A stretch of 64,000 bases of DNA, taken from NCBI GenBank assembly GCA_965240325.2, contig OZ251223.1:496001-560000 (forward strand). The letters are read 5' to 3'. The notes under the pieces are model-generated. The model did not search any database and was not told where the DNA came from. It was given only the letters and a program-made list of their open reading frames with translations. This document shows, one piece after another, positions 21,540 to 34,935 of the stretch. This DNA is from Rebecca billardiae RCC1528 (taxonomy: Eukaryota; Protista; Haptophyta). The translations under genes and the position numbers were made by a program. How positions within the stretch are numbered: the stretch's first letter is position 1; every line of letters starts with the position of its first letter.

Positions 21540-24500
21540 GCGTGCGCAAGTCGTCACGCCGCTTGGGTGCTCGCTCGCGCCGATCGTGACGGCGCTCGCG
21601 CGCGCGCTCGCGCCGCTCCGCCGCGCGCGCACGCCCGAAGAGAAACTCAAGGTGAGTGCCGCGCACGCGCGCGCCGCCGCCGTGGCGCCGCCGCCGTGGC
21701 GCCGCCGCCGCGCGCGCTCGCCGCCGCGCGCGCTCGCCGCCGCCGCGCGCGAGCGGCGCGCACCCTCGCTCACAGCCGCGCCGCGCCGCCCGCTCGCGCG
21801 CGCGCAGGTGGTCGAGCGCGCGTGCGAGGCGCTCACGCGCGCCGTGCACCCGGCCGCGTCGGTTGGCGCGGATGAGCTGCTGCCGCTATGCGCCTATTCG
21901 CTCGTGCACGCGGCGCCGCGGCTGTGTACGGCCGCGGAGGGCAGCGGCGTGCGCGCGCCGTGCGACGGCGGGTGCGACGGCGGCTGCGCGCTGCTCTCGC
22001 ACCTGCGCCTCGTCGCGGACTTCATCCCGCGCTCCGCCAGTGTCAACAGGTGCCGAGCCGCGCCCGCGACCCCGCGCCCGCGACCCCGCCGCCGCCGCGT
22101 GTGCGCCGGCAACCGCCGCCGCCGCCGCCGTCCCGCCGCGTCGCGTCGGGCGCTGAGTGACGCGTGTGCGCCGCCGCCGCCGCCGCCGCGCGCCGCGCGC
22201 AGGGGCGGGTACGCGCTCACCACGCTGCAGGCGGCGGCACTCTTCATCGTCGACGCGCCGCTGCTGCGCGAGGGCGGCGGCGGCAGCGTGGGCGGCGGCG
22301 GCGGCAGCGGCGGCGGCGGCAGCGTCGGCGTAAGCAGCCGCGCATCATCGATGGCGGAGGTGGCGGCGGGCGCTCAACAGCCGGGCGGCGGAGGCGTCCT
22401 CGGCGGCGCCGCCGCGCCGCCGGCCGACGCGCGCTCCTATGCGCTGGCGAAGGCTGTGCCGCGCGCGGCGCACGGCGCGCTTGCGCTCAGCCGCGCGGCC
22501 GCGCCGCCGCCGGGCGCGGCTGGCGCGCCGCCACCGCCCCGCCCCGAGCGCTCCGGCTCGGCGGCGTCGCTCGCGGCGCGCGCGGCGGCGGCGCGCACGG
22601 TGGGCGACTGCCCGCTCGGCGTGCGGCCGCAGCGCTGCTCCGACGGCCGCGTGCTGCGGCGCGGCGACCACATCGCGCGCCTCGTCATCCGCCCGTGGTC
22701 GCGCGTGCCGCTGTGGCATCACGGGATTTATTTCGGCGGGCCGAGCGGTCGCGAGGTCGTGCATTTGGCTCACCACCACGACGGGTGCGAGCCGAGCGAG
22801 GCGGGGACGGACCCGGATGGCTGCTGCTCCGTCGCGCCCTCGTCCAGCGGCGCGGCGCTCGGCGGCGGCGCCGCCGCCGCCGAGCGGCTCGGCGGCGGGG
22901 CATGTAAGCCTACGCTCGCGGCCGCGGCGGCGGCCGCGCGCCACCGCGCCGCCGCCGCGTCCGCCGCCGCGTGCGCCGCGTCGGGCGTCGGCGGCGGCGG
23001 TGGCGCGATCCGCCCGACGTCGAGCGCGGGGCTCGTCGTGTACGCCACGCTTGCCGAGTTCGCCGACGGCGGCCGCGTCGTCCGCATCGACCACGACGCC
23101 ACCGACGGCGTGCACGCTACACTGGAGCGCTCGGCCGCGGCGGTGGGCGCGCGCGCGAACGACCGCGCGCACGTGGCATGCGAGCGCCTCGCGACGTGGT
23201 GCGCGTGCGGCCGCGCGCGCTCGGCGAAGCTCGCGGGCGCGCGCGTCGCGCTGCGCGGCACGCTGCTCGCGCCCGCGCTCGCGGGCGCGCCGCACGCGCT
23301 CAGCGCCGGCGCCGCGCCGCTGCTCGGCGCCGCGCTCGGCGGCGGCGCCGCGCTGAGCGCCCTGGTGGTGGCGGGAGCGGCACTCGCGTCGGCCGGCGGC
23401 GGGCTCGGCGGCTCGCTCGCCGTGCGCGCGGCGCTGCCGTCGGGCGCGCGCGCGCTGCCGCCGGCGGAGCGCGCGGCGCGGCGCGGCGCGGCGACCGCCG
23501 GCGCGCGCGGCGGCGCGCTCGGCGCGCTCGGCGTCGGCACGGCGGTCGCGGCCGCGGGCGCGGCCGCGACCACAACGGGCGCGGCCGCGGCCGGCGGCGG
23601 CGTCGGCGCCGCGCTCGGAGCAGGCCTCGTCGCGCTCGGCGGCTCGGTGGGCGGCGGGCTGCTCGCGGCCAGCCTGCTGCCGTGCTGGGCGGCGATCGCC
23701 GCCGGCTTCGGCTGGTACGGCGTCTCGCGCGCGCACACGCACGTGCAGCGCGCGCGCGGCCGCGCGCTGGTCGCGTGCGCGCGCGCGCGGCCGCGCGCGC
23801 TCGCGCACGCGGGCGCAGCGCACGCGCTCGCCGCGCTTGTGCGCGAGCTCGCGCTGCTTGCGATGGCGCGCGCGTCGCCGCTAGTCTGGTCGCGCGCCGA
23901 GCGCGAGGAGCTGCGCGCCGCGCTCGCGCGCGCGCTCGCGTACGGCGAGGCCTACGCCGCCGACGCCGCCGCCGGCGCGGCCGCCGACGCCGCCGCTCTC
24001 TCATCGCGAGGCTCAAGTCGGCGCTCGGCGGCGCGCGCGGCGCGCGCGGCGGTGGGCGCGGACGCGGCGGTTGCGGCGGCGGTGATGTCGCGCGGCGGCG
24101 GCGGGAGCCCGCTGCTCCCGCCGCCGGGCCAGCACTACCGCCACTGCCAGCCGCGCGCCGACGCGCCGGGCTCGTCCGCCGCCTCCGTCGCCTCGCTCGA
24201 CGGCGGCGGCGCGGGCGGCGCGGGCGGCGACGGCGCGCCGTGGCGCGTGCGCGCGCGCAAGAAGACCGCGGACATCGGCTGGGCGCTCGACATGTGGCTG
24301 AGCTGGGAGCCGGCGACGCCGCAGCTGGGGCGCGCGGCGATGCGCGGCGCGCCGGCGTCGTCGTACGACGAGCTCCGGGCGGACGTGGCCGCCGTGCTCA
24401 GCGCGTGCGCCGCGGGCTTGCTCTTCGAGGAGGGGGGCGGCGGCCATGCTGGCCTGGGCGGCGGCCATGCTGGCCTGGGCGGCGGCCATGCTGGCCTGGG

Positions 24501-24996
24501 CGGCGGCCATGCCGGCCTCGGCGGCGGCCATGCTGCCGGCGCGGCCGCGGACGTCGGCGGCTTGGCGGACGAGGAGGCGGCGGAGGCGGCGGAGCGCGCG
24601 GCCGCTATCCATGCGTGTAAGGAGGCCGTCGTGGGCGCGTGCGAGCTGCTGCGCTGGAGTCCGCACCCGCTCGGCGCGGGCGGCAAGGAGCGCTCGACGC
24701 GGCCGGCGCGCGCCGCCGACGCGCCGCCGCCGACGCGCGCGCCCCCGCCGCGCGCGCGCACCTATGCCCTCCTCGCCGCGCGCACGGTGCGCACGCTCGC
24801 CGACGCGCCCGCGCGCGCGCCGGCCTCGGGCGCGCTCGCGTGCGCCTGTGCGGTCTGCTGCCGCTTTGACGACGTGCGCGCCGCCGCCGCCGCAGAGCCG
24901 GAGCTGATGTGCGCCCTGTGCACGTCGCACCTCGACGGCGGCGGCGGCGGCGGCGGCGGCGGGCCGGGCGGGCTCGAGCGTCTGCTGCAGCGCTGA
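17572..24996 (+). CDS. Giant Gly/Ala-rich protein: CNH/Vps39-like beta-propeller, VPS9 GEF domain, LRAT/NlpC-P60-like domain, Cys-rich C-terminus
   Basis: CNH-like LVVGTAVGRLQCY and PVEQL...LTVHSLPSLEP; VPS9 RTPEEKLK, VGADELLPLCAYSLV, GYALTTLQAAALFI; LRAT GDHI...WHHGIYFG...VVH...ACERLATWC; predicted in-frame introns 21652-21807 and 22050-22202. Confidence 0.75.
21247..21321 (+). repeat. (GGC)n poly-Gly tract, about 25 units
   Basis: Direct reading. Confidence 0.9.
24437..24540 (+). repeat. 21-bp coding minisatellite (GGGHAGL) x ~5
   Basis: Tandem ggcggcggccatgctggcctg units. Confidence 0.9.
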
Positions 24997-26744
24997 GCGC
25001 ACTCCCAGCCGTGAGCGCGGCGGCGGCCCCTGGGAGAAGACAACAGCCCGGCAATGGCCGTGAGCCCGGGGACGGGTGGCTTGGCGCGGGAGGGGGCGCC
25101 GGGGGGCGGCGCGCTGGGCGCGGCCAGGCTGGCGGCACGCGGCTGCAGCGCACGGGGTGCACGACTCGACTCGCAGGCGAGTGGCGCCGACCGAGTTGGC
25201 GACGGGTGTCAGTGGGGATCCCGGTCGGCCCGCAGCATCGGCACAGGCGGCCGGGGCACTACACAGCCCGCTCGGCCCTGGACCGGTGCGGACCGGCGCG
25301 CGCCGGACGGCCCGCGGACACGCAGACAGAGTGAGACGCTGGAGCCGCGCATCAGATGCCCGGCCACTGCCAGAAAACTGAGGCCCGACAGGCAAGTGCG
25401 CTGGCGACAACGGTACACGTCTAGTGTTGGAGTGTGACCGCACGTGTGATGGCTGGTGCAGAGCTACCTGCCGTGACCCCGCCCAAGGGCGGTCCCCGCC
25501 AATGCCAATGGCAGCCAGGCCGTCCAAGACTCCTAAGACGTCGTGAAGTCACAGATCGCAATCTGAATACTCAGAATCTGCAATCTGTTATTGCTCCGGT
25601 TCGGCCGTCTAATACGTCAACCTTGATTTGATGCGTCAAGCCTTTCATATCAATCGATTATGCATGTGCGTCGTTGGACATTATCCGTACAGCGCCGAGA
25701 TTACGCGGGCTCTGCGATCCATGGCGAGCTTGTGACTTGGGGCGGCGACTCGCGCAGCAGTTTGGCCGCTCGATGTACGAGTTCGCGTCCGGACGAGTAC
25801 GCGCGGCATGCAGGCTGCCGCCAGTGGGTACTGGCTACGAGTCCAAGCCCGCATGACCCTCACATCTCGAGTCTGCACCCTGCCGTTCGCTGTGTCAAAG
25901 CAGTCGCAACGCACAAGCGTCGTTGAGTGTCGATCGGCTGCGCGAGCGCGGTCTCGCCCCGCCCAACCCAAGTGTGTGCGAGTGAGCATGTGTCTTGAGC
26001 ATGTGGCGTGCGTTGACGCCATCCGCGACGGCCGACATGGCCATGGAGCGCCCGCATCACTCGCCTGCACCGTGCCCTTCATAGCCTACGGGAAGCTCCG
26101 CAAATCTGTTGATTTTGCTCTTTTTTGCCCGTTGGAGTCATGTTCTTCGCTTGGTTCTTCGTGCACTGAAAACCCTATTTTAAAGAATGAATTTTAGCGC
26201 GCGCGGGCGGCAGCGGAGCGCAACCAACCAGCGGAGTGTCCGAAGGAGATCTCCGAGACGCTAAATGTGAGCCAATTCTTGTCGCCTGCGCACCAACCTT
26301 GCGCCCGGGACCGACCATTAAAGTTGAGTGAGTCTCCCGTGAGTCTCCCGGCGCTGTACGGTTATTGGGCGACGAAGTTTCCCACGCTGAGGCGCTTAAA
26401 CAGCAAGGCAAGATCTGAAGATCAGCAAGATCTCCACTCAACGTACCGCACGCTCATTCGCCCTTCGGGCAATCTGGCTTGAACCGGTATGCCACGGTAT
26501 GAAACATTCTGCAAGGTTTGCGCCGGTAGCGAACCAGCAAGATGAGTCATTAGACCGGGCTTGATGGCTCATCGACGAATGATCGACCTATCGAGTGGTA
26601 GTTCGTTTCAGTAGCGACGCGGTGGGTATTCTCAACCTCGATCAACCAATCGCGTCTTCGAGAGCGCGGGGCTTGTCGATCTCGCGCCTGCCTGGCCAAC
26701 GCTCCCTCCCGTCCGTCGCCTCGCCGCACGCACCCAATCCGAGC

Positions 26745-28796
26745 ATGGGCCACCTGCGCGTGCTCTCCGCGCTCACGCTCCTCGTCGCGCACGCGCACAC
26801 CCACGTCCACGTCGCGCGCTCGCGCGCGCGCTCGGCGGCCGCGCCGCGCCCGGCGGCGCGCGCGCTGCGCGCGCCGGCGCGCGCCGCGCCGCTCGCGGTC
26901 GCCGCCGCGGCGACGGGCGCGCCGTCGCACACGGCGATCGTCGGCGGCGGCCCGGCGGGTCTCGCGACGGCGATCATGCTCGCCCAGCGCGGCTGGACCA
27001 ACATCCACGTGTACGACCGGCTGCCCGCCGTGCCCGCGCCGGACGACGAGCGCGTGTGGCTCGACACAGCGCGCGACCGCTTCTACCTGATCGGCCTCGG
27101 CGGGCGCGGGCAGGAGTCGCTGCAGGCGCTGGGCGTGTGGGACGCCGTCGCGCCGTACACCACCACCGTCGTCGGCCGCCGCGACTGGGCCCCCGGAGAC
27201 GCCCCCGACGGCGGCGCCGAGCGGATCTTCACCGCGGCCGACCGCAAGTACATGTCCGCCGTGATCGCGCGCGACCGGCTCGTCGGCGCGCTCGACCGCG
27301 CGGTGGCGGAGCGGTACGGCGAGGCGGTGACGGTGCACCACGGCGTCGAGTGCGCCAGCGTGCAGTGGGACGCGGCGGGCGAGGCCGCCACCCTCCGCCT
27401 CCGCGCCGACGACGGCGCCGAGACGGACGTGACGACCGAGCTGCTCGTCGGCGCGGACGGCGCGGCGCGCGGCGTCGCCTCGGCGATGGCGGCGGCGAGC
27501 GAGGGCTTCCACGTGGTGCGGTACGAGGACGACAACGCGAAGGTGTTCAAGACGCTGCCGATGTCCCTCCCGCCCGACTGGCGCCCCGACCTCAACTACG
27601 CCGCGCGCACCGCCGACGGGCGCGTGTACATGGACGCGTTGCCGCGCGCAGACGGCGGCCGCTACTGCGGCGTGCTCATCCTGCGGGCAGACGACGAGCT
27701 CGCGCAGCCGAGCTCGGCGGCGGCGCTGCGCGCGCTGCTCGACGAGGCGGTGCCGCAGTTCTCCGCGTGCATCGACGACGACGCCGTCGCGCACGCCGCC
27801 GCCCGCCCCGCCCACCGCCTGCCCAACTTCCGCGCCGTCGCGCCGACGCTGCACCACGGCAGCGTCGCGCTCATGCTCGGCGACGCGATCCACACGGTGA
27901 AGCCCTATTTTGGCATGGGCGCCAACTCGGCGTTCGAGGACGTGATCGTGCTGCGCGACGCGCTGGACGGCGCGGCGGCGGCCGGCGCGCCGCTCGGCGC
28001 CGCGCTCCCCGCCTTCTCCGACGCGCGCGCCGCCGACGCGCGCACGCTCGTCCGGCTCTCGCGCGACCTCGACCGGCCGGGCGTCGCCGGCGCGTTCACG
28101 TTTATTATCCCCGTGATTTTGGACGCGATCTTCCACCGGCTGGCGCCGCGGCTGTTCGCGCCGTCGACGATCCTGATGCTGCAGCGCGAGGGTGTCTCGT
28201 ACCGCGACGTCGCCGCGCGCAAGCGCCAAGACCGCGCGCTCCAGCTCGTCGTGCTCGCCGCCGCGCTCGGCGCGGCCGGGCTCGCCGCGCGCGCCGCGCT
28301 CGGCGCGGCGGCGAGCGCGCTGCGAGCGCCCGCGGCCGCGCTGCTCGGCGCGGTCGCGCGCGCCGTGGGCGGGGCGGGCTCGACGCAGCTGGCGGCGAGC
28401 GCCGCGGCGCCGATCGCCCTCGGCGGCGCCATGGCCGCCTGCGCGGCCGTGGGCGTGCTGCGCGCGGCCGCGGCCGAGCGCAGCGCGGCGGCCGGCGGCG
28501 GCGCGCTCGCCGCCGCGCCGGCGAGCGCGCCCGCGACGAGCGGCGCGCGCCGGAGCGCTGCCCCGCTCGGCTCGGCCGCACGAGACGCGCACATGGCGCG
28601 GCGCCAGCACGATCGGCAGCGCGCGCCGCGGCAGCACCTCGTCTCCGCCCGCGCCTCCGCGGCCCGCATGAACGCGGGCGATCGCCCTTCGCGGGCCGGC
28701 GAAGCGCAGGCCGACGAGTCGGCCGCGGCGGCGGGCCCGGCGGTCGATCGCCGCCGCCGCCGGGGCCCGCCCGGCGACAGCGTCGGCCATTGCTGA
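26745..28796 (+). CDS. FAD-dependent monooxygenase (kynurenine 3-monooxygenase-like) with bipartite targeting presequence
   Basis: IVGGGPAG FAD motif, LLVGADG, LGDAIHTVKPYFGMGANSAFED; signal-like MGHLRVLSALTLLVA followed by an Arg/Ala/Pro transit-like region; hydrophobic C-terminal segments. Confidence 0.85.
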   Translation: MGHLRVLSALTLLVAHAHTHVHVARSRARSAAAPRPAARALRAPARAAPLAVAAAATGAPSHTAIVGGGPAGLATAIMLAQRGWTNIHVYDRLPAVPAPDDERVWLDTARDRFYLIGLGGRGQESLQALGVWDAVAPYTTTVVGRRDWAPGDAPDGGAERIFTAADRKYMSAVIARDRLVGALDRAVAERYGEAVTVHHGVECASVQWDAAGEAATLRLRADDGAETDVTTELLVGADGAARGVASAMAAASEGFHVVRYEDDNAKVFKTLPMSLPPDWRPDLNYAARTADGRVYMDALPRADGGRYCGVLILRADDELAQPSSAAALRALLDEAVPQFSACIDDDAVAHAAARPAHRLPNFRAVAPTLHHGSVALMLGDAIHTVKPYFGMGANSAFEDVIVLRDALDGAAAAGAPLGAALPAFSDARAADARTLVRLSRDLDRPGVAGAFTFIIPVILDAIFHRLAPRLFAPSTILMLQREGVSYRDVAARKRQDRALQLVVLAAALGAAGLAARAALGAAASALRAPAAALLGAVARAVGGAGSTQLAASAAAPIALGGAMAACAAVGVLRAAAAERSAAAGGGALAAAPASAPATSGARRSAAPLGSAARDAHMARRQHDRQRAPRQHLVSARASAARMNAGDRPSRAGEAQADESAAAAGPAVDRRRRRGPPGDSVGHC

Positions 28797-29850
28797 ATGC
28801 TCCCGTCGGGCCGCAGGCGCACATAGCATTGCCATGCTTACGTCACAGAGGCCGCGGCGTTGCAAGGACCGTGCTGCTAGTCTTAGTAGTCTTGGTCGTG
28901 AGTCACCGATCATGTGCCATCCCGCGGAGATTACGGATTTACGGTGAAACCGCGTCCGCGAGACTGTTGATCTCAGTTCGGAAACTTCGGATGCCAGTTT
29001 TTTTTATGATGGCGGTTCGTCATGCTCTTCCAAATGGAATCCCAATATGGGGGTATTATGAAACGGCGGCGCATAAAAGACGATCCATTTTGAAGATTGG
29101 TTGAAGAGGTTTGAACACGGTTGCGTCGAGTCAATTACAAGGGTGTTTTAAATACGAATCATGATTGATGGGTGCGTGCGCGGGGTCACGGGGTGGTTTG
29201 CACCCGGCCGCTCGTCGCCTAGGTGGTGAGTACTGCAGGGATGAAGCAAATGAAGTGCCAAGCGACGTCTGGGGTAATTCGCATAGCAGAAAATCAAGCG
29301 CCAAGCGACGTCAGGAGTACTCGCAGGTTGACGACGGCATCATCATGCTGAACCCTGGTTTCGGCATAACCCGCCTTACGCCGCAGGAGCGGCGTGAATC
29401 TCGACGCAAAATAACCGAAACACAACGCTACGCGAGTTTTCGAGGGTTTTTAAACTTTTTTGTTGGAGGCGGTGTTTGCACCCGGCGCATCAATAATCTC
29501 CGAATCTGGAGTACAAGATCATCCAATTCATGGTTGAGCAAGCGACATACCCGCTCGTGTTTGATTACGGTTCAGTTAACCATGATGGCAATCTCGGCGA
29601 ACCTCGAAGCTGGTCTCGGCCTTTTCGGCCCACTCAGATTCGTCTGCGGGCGTGTGAGCTCACTCTGAGACGACGATCCCCCGTGATGAGGGCCTGCATA
29701 AACGCGCCGATTGGCTCAAGGAGATTCTCTCACCCTCCCAACAACCTTTTTGGAGCTTCGAGGGCCGTGCGCACGCGCTCCCCACACCCCCGCCCGCCGG
29801 TAAGGGGGTTATACCTTGCCCACCTGGCGCCGCCGCCGCGTCCATTGGGG

Positions 29851-30968
29851 ATGCTGCGCTCGCGCGCTCGAGGCCAGGGCGCTGGGGTGGTGCTCGTCTG
29901 CTCGCCCGGGGCCGACCCGTCCGATGTGCAGACGCTCCTCACCGCGGGGGTGCTCCACCAGCAGGGCGAGATCCGGCTGGCGGGCGTGATTGCGTCCGGC
30001 GGCGCTCGTCACGCCCAGGTCGCGCGGTGCGTGCTCGACCGTCTGGGGGCGCGTGATGTACCGGTGGGTGTCGGCGCGAAGGGCGACGGCCCGCCGCCGC
30101 AGCCCCAGCCGCACGAGTTCCGCCTGCCCGGCGTCGACGCGGTCGACGTGCTCACGCTCCGCCACGGCGGCCGGCTGCTCGCGTCGCTGCTCGAGGCCGC
30201 GCCGGAGCGCGGGCTGACGATCGTGTGCATCACGGCGATGCGCGACCTCGCGGACGCGATCAGCGCGTCGCCCGAGCTCTTCCGCGCCAAGGTCGCCGAG
30301 CTCGCCGTGCAGGCCGCCGTCGAGCGCGACGCGGCCAAGGGCGCGTGGGTCCCTGACTCGTCCGCCAACAACACGCTCGACGTCGCGGCCGCGACGGCGG
30401 TGTACGACTTCTGCCTCGAGTCGCGCGTGCCGCTCGCGCTGATGAGCCGCGAGGCGGTGCCGCTGCTGCCCATGCAGCTCGCCGCCTCCTTCGCCGCGCG
30501 CACGCGCGACCCGCTGCTCGCGTACGTCGCCGAGGCGCAGCCGGCGTCGCTGCGCGCGCTCTGGCAGCGGCTGTGCGCGGGCGAGCTGCCCGCGCGCTGC
30601 ACCAAGGCGTGGTTCGTCAAGACCTTCTGCGGGAGCGCGGCGTCGAAGCTGGGCGAGGACGGCGTCGAGGCGCTCGGCGCCGACGACGACATCGGCGCGC
30701 GGCTCGCCGGCCTCAAGCCGTACGGCGTTCTCACGCTCATGTCTGTGCTGCCGCGCACGCGCAACCTCTTCCCGCCGTCTGAGCCGGTCGTCGACCGCGC
30801 GCACCGCTTCTACGTGCGGCCGAAGCACGCGGTGGACGACGCGCACGTGCTCAAGCTGATGCGCGACACCTACCACGGCGCCGTCCTCGCCACCGCCGAG
30901 GCGCTCGCGCCGCCGCGCAAGTCGATGCTCGGCGCGGTCGGCGCGTTGCTCGGTGGGCTCGTCGGCGC

Positions 30969-31003
<35 letters not shown>

Positions 31004-33384
31004 GTGGTGGCGGCAGCAGCAGCCACAGCGGCCGCGCGCGCGCCATGCAGCGCCAAGGCCTCACCTCGCGCGCGCTCCGGCAGACGCACCAGCTCTCCGC
31101 CGAGTCCAACCTCGGCGAGGTCTCCTCCAAGCGCACCGTCTCGTCGGGCTCGTCGGAGTCGATCTCGCTCGCCGACGAGCCGACGGCGGAGAAGCCTCAG
31201 CCGCAGCAGCAGCAGCAGCTCATGCAGCAGCAGCAGGGCGGCCCGGCGGCGGCGCAGCTGGGCGAGCAGGGCGCCGGCCTCGTCGGCACGCTCGAGACCG
31301 CCCTCGCCGAGGCCTCCCTCCGCCAGTGGCAGGTCTCCATCCCGCTCTTCTCCATCGGCCTCGCCGTGATTGCAACCTCGGCGCACCAGCAGCTGCACAC
31401 CAACGTGTCCCCCGAGTGGGCGACCGACGCCAACGTGACAATCCGCTCGGACATGTTCGCGCTGCTGTACCTGATGGGGCTCTCGCTGCTGATGCTCGCG
31501 CTCCAGCCCACGCGCACCTTCCTCGGCCTCGTCCGCGTCGCCGCCGCCGTCATCGCCGCCGTGTACACCATGGGCCTGCTCATGGCTGTCGGCGGCTTTG
31601 GCGCCAAGTTCCTGCGCACCTATGCGCTCACGCGCTCGCTCTCGCAGTCCCTGCAGTGGGAGGCGTTCGTCGTGGTCTCGATGCTGGGCGGCTCGCTCGC
31701 GTTCGTGGGCCGCGCGCTGCGCAAGCACTGGCGCTCCGTCCACGACCTCACCTTCGCCCTCTTCCTCGTCGTCGGCGTCGCGTCGGGCTCTGAGGTGCTC
31801 GTCGTCATCATCCGGCGCACGCTCCTCGGCTGGACCTCGGGCTCGCGCGGCCTGCCGCTCGCCGCGACGACGCTCGCGCGCACGGTGCTCAAGGGCGCGC
31901 TGTCGGGGCTGCTGCTCTGGCCGCGCTTCCGCGCGCACGTCCACGTCTTCTTCGGCCGCTGCGTCCGCGCCGTGAGCAGCACGCGCCTCGCCGAGCTCGC
32001 GCCGCTCGCACCGCTGATCGGCTTTGGGACTCTGCACCAGGCCGTCCCTGAGAAGCTTGTCGCCGGCGCGGCCGCGGTGTTCGCGCCGGTCGCGCTGAGC
32101 GAGGAGGCGCTGAAGGAGCTCACGGTGGCGTGGGAGGAGGGCAAGACGAGCGGCGCCGCGCCCGAGCCCGCCGCCGCCGCCGAGGCCAAGCCGCTCCGCA
32201 CCGTGCGCGAGAACAGCTCGGCCGACGGCGCCGGCGCGGCCTACGTTGTGCACGCGGCCGCCGACTCCGCCGCCGCCAAGGTCGACGCGCTCCGCGCGTG
32301 GGCGTCGAAGCAGTCGGCGCCGCCGACGGTGTGGATCGAGCCGCTCTGCGCCGACCTCTCGCTCTTCCCGCACGAGCAGGTCCACCACGAGCTCGTCACG
32401 CTCGCGCTCTGCCCCAAGCTGCTCCTGCTCGCCGGGCCGGCGCTGCCTGACTCGCTGCAGTGCGTCTCGCAGCTGCACGCGTGGACGTGTCTCGGCCGCT
32501 CGCTCGACGACGTGGAGGTGGTGCTCGCGGTGCCGGAGGGCGACGAGGCGGGCGAGCAGGCGACGCTCGCGGCCTTCGACACCTTCGCCGTCATGTACGC
32601 CTCGGCCACGCGCTCCGAGTACGAGCAGGCCATCTCCCACTCCGTCGAGCTCGCGACCGCCTCCGCCTACAACGAGGCGGTGCACTCGGTCGTGCCTCTC
32701 ATCCGCGCGGCCATCAACAAGCGGCGCGCGGGCAGCGAGACGCTCTCGCGCTCGCCGTCGGTCGCCGACTCGCTGTGCGCGTCATCCGGCGCGCCGTCGG
32801 CCAGCCCCTCCGACCTCGACGACCTCGACGAGGACATCGCCGAGATCGAGGCGGCGGAGGTTCGCGCGGCGGCGGGCGCGGCCGCCGAGGCGCGCGCCGC
32901 GGCCGCGGCCGTGGCGACCGCCGAGCCGGCGCCGCTGCTGCATCTGCACATCGGCCGCGCGCACTCGCACTCCGACGAGTCGCCCTCGGTCGACGACACG
33001 GTCGGCTCGTTCGATGAGGAGGACGAGCCCATCTTCGTCGCGTACGCGAAGCGCGCCGACGTGGCCGCCGCGATGAGCGCCGCGTTCAAGCTGCCCTACC
33101 AGCTGCCGGCGTCGGGGCCGTTCCGCCCGTCCGTGCGTGCCGCCGCCGACGCGCTCGTCGAAGCGCTGGCCGGCGCGTCGGGCGCGAGCGACGAGCACGC
33201 GCCGTTCGACCTCTCGATGCTCGCCTCGGGCGGCTTCGCCCCGCCGCCGCGTCGCCGCGAGTACGCCACGCCCACGAGCAGCGGCGCCCTCCTCGCCCCC
33301 GACGTTCTCTCCACGTGGGCCGAGGACGCGCGGCGCTTGCACTCGGCCGCCGCGGCCGCGCCCCTCCCCGTGCCGTGCGCCTAG
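29851..33384 (+). CDS. XopQ/HopQ1-like nucleoside-hydrolase-fold domain, ~6 TM helices, degenerate TIR-like domain
   Basis: NH fold about 29887-30895 (CSPGADPSD, VARCVLDRLGARDVPVGVG, VPDSSANNTLDVAAA, LPARCTKAWFVKTFC, PYGVLTL); TM block about 31327-31925; TIR-like about 32236-32715 (AYVVH..D, VWIEPLC, CPKLLLLAGP..DSLQCVSQL); intronless. Confidence 0.75.
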
Positions 33385-33802
33385 GCGGCGGCGTGGGCCC
33401 TGCCTTGTCCTCTTCTTCGCATGTTTTTCTACCGGCGTCATCCACGCGCTGCGTTTGGTCTGCCCGGCAGCACTCGCGCACGACGGCGCACCACGCGCCC
33501 GCGGCCGCTGCCACATCCCGGCTCGAGGCACCCCCATGTCGTCGCACCCGCAACCCACGTCCACGGTCCAGTCACCCCGGCATGTACTCCGTCCCGAGCA
33601 TGTACTGCAGGCGCATCGCCTGATGACCAGCTTCCGCTCCCCACATTCGGCACCATGCCGCATCTCCCATCGCGGCACATGCGCTCCTCTGAGTCTCGCT
33701 CGGACCTGCATTTCATATTTTATAAAAACAATTGTATTTAAGCTGCTCAATATTATTATTATAATAATAATGATATATATATATTATTTATTTATTTAAC
33801 GG

Positions 33803-34935
<1,133 letters not shown>

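Noticed and set aside
25000-26500. Short ORFs between the VPS9 and monooxygenase genes; likewise 35400-36650, 39900-41300 and 51500-53200
   Set aside because: No recognisable motifs or consistent codon bias
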